Shown in pieces: positions 27,159 to 30,400 of a DNA stretch of 30,400 bases. The notes beneath the pieces were generated by a model that searched no databases, was not told the origin of the DNA, and worked only from the letters and a program-made list of their open reading frames with translations. Every line of letters begins with the position of its first letter. The stretch's first letter is position 1. The DNA comes from an uncultured Actinomycetes bacterium (lineage in GTDB: Bacteria; Actinomycetota; Thermoleophilia; UBA2241), in assembly GCA_963755025.1 (NCBI GenBank), contig CAVWIH010000035.1, positions 1-30,400 on the forward strand. The letters are read 5' to 3'. The translations under genes and the position numbers were made by a program.

Positions 27159-29571
27159 GCCGCGAACATCCGCGCCTTGGTGTCGAGCAGCACAGCAGCG
27201 GGGTCGCCGAGCGCTGACAGCGCCCCGAGCCCGCCGGCGCGCACGACGGCGGGCACCCGGAAGATCTGCGGGCTCTCCAGTCCTTTGGTGCCGTCATGGG
27301 CAAACTGCAGGGCCAGGGCGCGCATGGTGGCGGCGGTCCTCGCCGGCAGCCCGGCGAGCCAGGCCGCGTGCTTGTAGGTAAACGCCTCGGCGCGCTCGGC
27401 TCGGGTGCGCGGGGCGAGGCCGTAGCCGAGCTCGGCGAGCACGTCGTAGAGGTCGTACTCGGCCATGTGCTCGACGGCCTGCACGATGATCGGCGAGCGG
27501 CCGGCGTCGGGCAGGTGGGCGAGCAGCGACTCGCGCTGCGGCGGCACGATCCAGCGCTGGCGGAAGGCGTCGAGCGTCAGCGCCTCGGTCACGAGTCGCT
27601 CGGCGAGACGCTCCTTGTACTCCTCGACCGGCACCGGCATGGTGCGGCCGTCGTGGTCCACGGTGAGAATCGCGGTGCCGTTGTGGACGAGGCGCACCTG
27701 AAAGCCCTCGACGAGGTAGATCGGTTCGGGCTCGGGCGCCGGCTCGGGTGGCTCGGGGCCGTCGTCTGGGCGCTTCGTGCGCGACTTGCGGTACTTCGTC
27801 GCGAAGTCCTCGCCGAAGAGGCGCGTTGCGTTGGTGTAGTCGTAGATGCGGAACATGAGCTTGTCGGTCGCCGGGTCCAGCCGGGTGCCGCGGCCGACCA
27901 TCTGGTAGAAGCTGATCGGCGAGCGCACGTACTTGAAGAAGACGATGTTGCGCACTGGCGGCACGTCGACACCGGTGCTCAGCAGGTCGACAGTGGTGGC
28001 CATGAAGTGCGAGCGCGAGGCCGCCTTCAGGTCGGCGATGTACTGGGCGCCGCCCACGCTGGCGGTGCACTTGAAGGCGTAGGGCTCGGCGCGTTTGCAG
28101 GCGTGAGCCTGACACCAGGCGGCGTAGAGGTTGTTCATCTCGTTGGCGACACGGTCGGCGTGGTGGTCACGGGCGCAGAAGACGATCGTCTTCTGCTCCG
28201 GGCCGCCGGTCTCGACCAGGTGGGCGAACAGATCGACGCACATGGCGTGAACGCGCTCGGGCATGAGCAGCAGCGCCTCGAAGCTCTCGGCGCCGTAGTG
28301 CTCGCGGGTCTCGGTCAGATCGACGGGCTCGCCGGTGAGGGCGTCGAGCAGCGACTTGCCGGCCAGGTCCTCGCGGTCGATGCCGGTGATCTCCTCCGAC
28401 TCGTGCTCACGGTCCAGGAAGACCGCCTGCCTGACCACCTCGCAGGCCGCCAGATAGCCGTCTTCGATGCCCTGGCTGATGTCGTACTCGTAGACCGGCT
28501 CACCGAAGTAGGCGAGGTTGTCGGCGTTGAGCTTCTGGTCGGCGAGCGCCTCCGCGGTCTTCTCGGCGACGGTGAAGGTGCGCGGCGTGGCCGTCAGGCC
28601 GACCTGCACGGCGTTTGGGTTGCGGGTGAGGACTTGCGACCACTTGCCCCAGGCCGAACGGTGGCACTCGTCGATGACGATGTGGCTGAAGCAGTCCTCG
28701 GGGTAGTTGGCGAGCAGGAAGTTGGCCTCGGCGTCGTCGGTGGCGACGTCGAGGGTCTGGTAGGTAGCGACAAGTATGCGGGCGTTCTTCTGGGGATCGC
28801 CGCCGCCCACGGCGGCGGCGTCGGCGCCGAACACGTTCTGCAGCGCGCCGGTGCCCTGGATGCGCAGTTCGTCGCGGTCGCAGAGGAACAGGGCGCGCTT
28901 GAGCTGGCCGGCATCGGCGATGCGCTTGAGCAGGTTGACTGCGATGAAGGTCTTGCCCGAGCCGGTGGCGAGCGAGAGCAGGGCCCTCTTGGGCCGGCCC
29001 TCTCGCTCGCAGCGCGCCACCTTCTCCAGGACAGCCCTGATGGCGGCGTCCTGGTAGTAGCGGCGGTTGCCTTCGCCGTTGTGGTAGCGCCGAAGAAGCG
29101 GCGCAGCGGAGGGGTCGGCCAGCGCGAAGCCCATGCCCTGCTCGTAGCGCGCCTGCAGGTCTTGCGGTGTGGGGAACTCGGTAAGTTTGCGAGGGGCGTG
29201 CGTCAGCCCAGAGAAGCGGTCGTACTCGACGAACTGGTGGCCGTTGCTGGCAAACACGAATTGCACGTTGAGGCGCTTGGAGGCGGCGTAGAGCTTGGCC
29301 TGTTCGAGCCCGTGGCCGGGCGGCTTGCTCTCGGGCTTTGCCTCGATCAGCGCCACGGCGACTGGCTGGTCGTCGGGCGCAGGCTTGATGCGCAGGGTGT
29401 AGTCGATACGGCCCTGAGCCTGCTTGAACGGCCGGCCGTTGATGATCTCGATGGCGCCGGCCGTCTCCTCACGCCGGATCAGTCTTCGGTCCAGCCTCTG
29501 GCGTGGATGGCCGGGTCGATGAGCTTGGCGCGCGTATCCGACTCGCTGAGTCCCGTGTGCGTGAGCGCCAC
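27155..29571 (-). CDS. hsdR: Type I restriction endonuclease/translocase subunit, EcoAI/EcoEI-like (1-nt deletion near 29482)
   Basis: From GTG 29571: LSESDTRAKLIDPAIHARGW; nuclease motif IDY...LIEAK; RYYQ, LATGSGKT, DECHRS, GLTATP, LLSTGVD, QMVGRGTR. RBS GGGGGAG; TAGAAT -10 at 29607-29602. Confidence 0.93.
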
Positions 29572-29702
29572 CAGTCTCCCCCCGTGAACGACCTCGTGGT
29601 CATTCTATCGGCTGTGGCGACTGCAAACATGCGGCCGAAGTCAGCGTGCGAAGCGAGGCGCTCTGGGGCGAGGCGCAGCGCGCCGGCGCGCCGCCGCCGC
29701 GC

Positions 29703-30363
29703 TTAGCGGTAGCTCACCGTGTCGGCCAGGTGGCAGTAGCGGATCAGCGAGAAGTGCGCCGGGTACCACTTGCTCATGGGCAGGTGCCTGTGGGCCACCG
29801 TGTGGCTGTCGTAGAGCCACTGCCCGTGCCTTTGGCGACGCAGATGATGACGTGCTCCCAGGCGGCGACGCCGGCGGTCATGTTCCCCAGGTAGACCACG
29901 TCGCCGACGGCCCAGTCGCGCGGCCGCTTTGTCGTGCTGCTCACGATGACGGGCGAGCTCAGGTCGCCGGTCGCCGTGCTCCAGGCGCGCTGCTGCGCGG
30001 TGCAGTTGACCCAGCCGAGGCTGGGAAACCGCGTGCCGGCCGGCCGCCACGTGCCGGCGCCGTCGAAGGCGCGCAGGCCGCCGGCCGCGACGCACTGCGA
30101 CACGAAGTTCGCGCAGTCGTCGGTGCGCGAGTGCCAGTAGACCGGGTTCGTGCCGAGCGCCCACCTGTCGGCGTAGGCGGCGGCTGCGGCGCGGTCGTAG
30201 ACCACGCGGCCGCCGCCGCTCCCGCCGCCGTGCGCCACGACTGCAGCGATCGCATCGCCGCGAGCACCACCAGCACCGCGAAGAGGCGCCGGCGCCGGCG
30301 GCGCCGGCGCCGGCTCACCCGGTGGGCGTGGTCAACCCACCGGACCGGCCGCTCACTCGCCAT
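29703..30363 (-). CDS. Membrane-anchored Amidase_6-like (papain/NlpC-P60-fold) protein; two 1-nt deletions near 30253 and 29830
   Basis: Poly-Arg then a hydrophobic helix; YDRAAAAAYADRWA, DCANFVSQCVAAGG, GDVVY, WEHVII, YDSHT distributed over three frames. Confidence 0.75.
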
Positions 30364-30400
30364 CGCCGGAAGGGTCGACGACGACCGCAGAGGGTTCCTT

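Larger units (their letters stand above)
21743..29571 (-). other. Defence island: type I R-M system with nested accessory and toxin-antitoxin genes
   Basis: Eight co-oriented genes, hsdR-hsdS-orf99-orf149-vapB45-like-vapC45-like-hsdM-DUF6933-like. The central part (~23840-27150) is visibly less GC-biased than the flanks. No integrase or transposase is seen. Confidence 0.85.

Noticed and set aside
27296-29587. 763-aa plus-strand ORF and similar long antisense ORFs (2122..3645, 4443..6344, 8833..10608, 22129..23859)
   Set aside because: These are typical stop-poor antisense frames of high-GC coding DNA opposite well-supported genes.
1-30400. tRNA, rRNA, CRISPR array, transposase, integrase or prophage genes
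   Set aside because: None was recognised by eye; tRNAscan-SE, Infernal and ISEScan would be needed to exclude small RNAs or short elements formally.

Overview
High-GC, Actinomycetota-like DNA (TANNNT -10 boxes and several apparently leaderless genes; the taxonomy is an inference). From left to right: a truncated KdpD-like DUF4118/GAF sensor gene; an uncharacterised amine-plus-pentose catabolic cluster (class III aminotransferase, GntR/UTRA regulator, APC permease, FGGY kinase, rpiA, and a divergent glutaminase-less SIS deaminase/isomerase); an orphan family-5 ABC binding lipoprotein divergent from an M20/ArgE-HAD-PAP2 run; gltX; a large exported metzincin-like protein; etfB-etfA-acyl-CoA dehydrogenase; then a ~7.8 kb defence island and an Amidase_6-like gene. 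The island is an EcoAI/EcoEI-like type I R-M system in the order hsdR-hsdS-[two small uncharacterised, putatively DNA-binding proteins]-vapB45-like-vapC45-like-hsdM-DUF6933-like. This nested arrangement is the best candidate for an undescribed system. About ten single-base indels break otherwise intact genes, including gltX, and are most likely sequencing or assembly errors. Family calls come from motif recognition only; no database searches were run.
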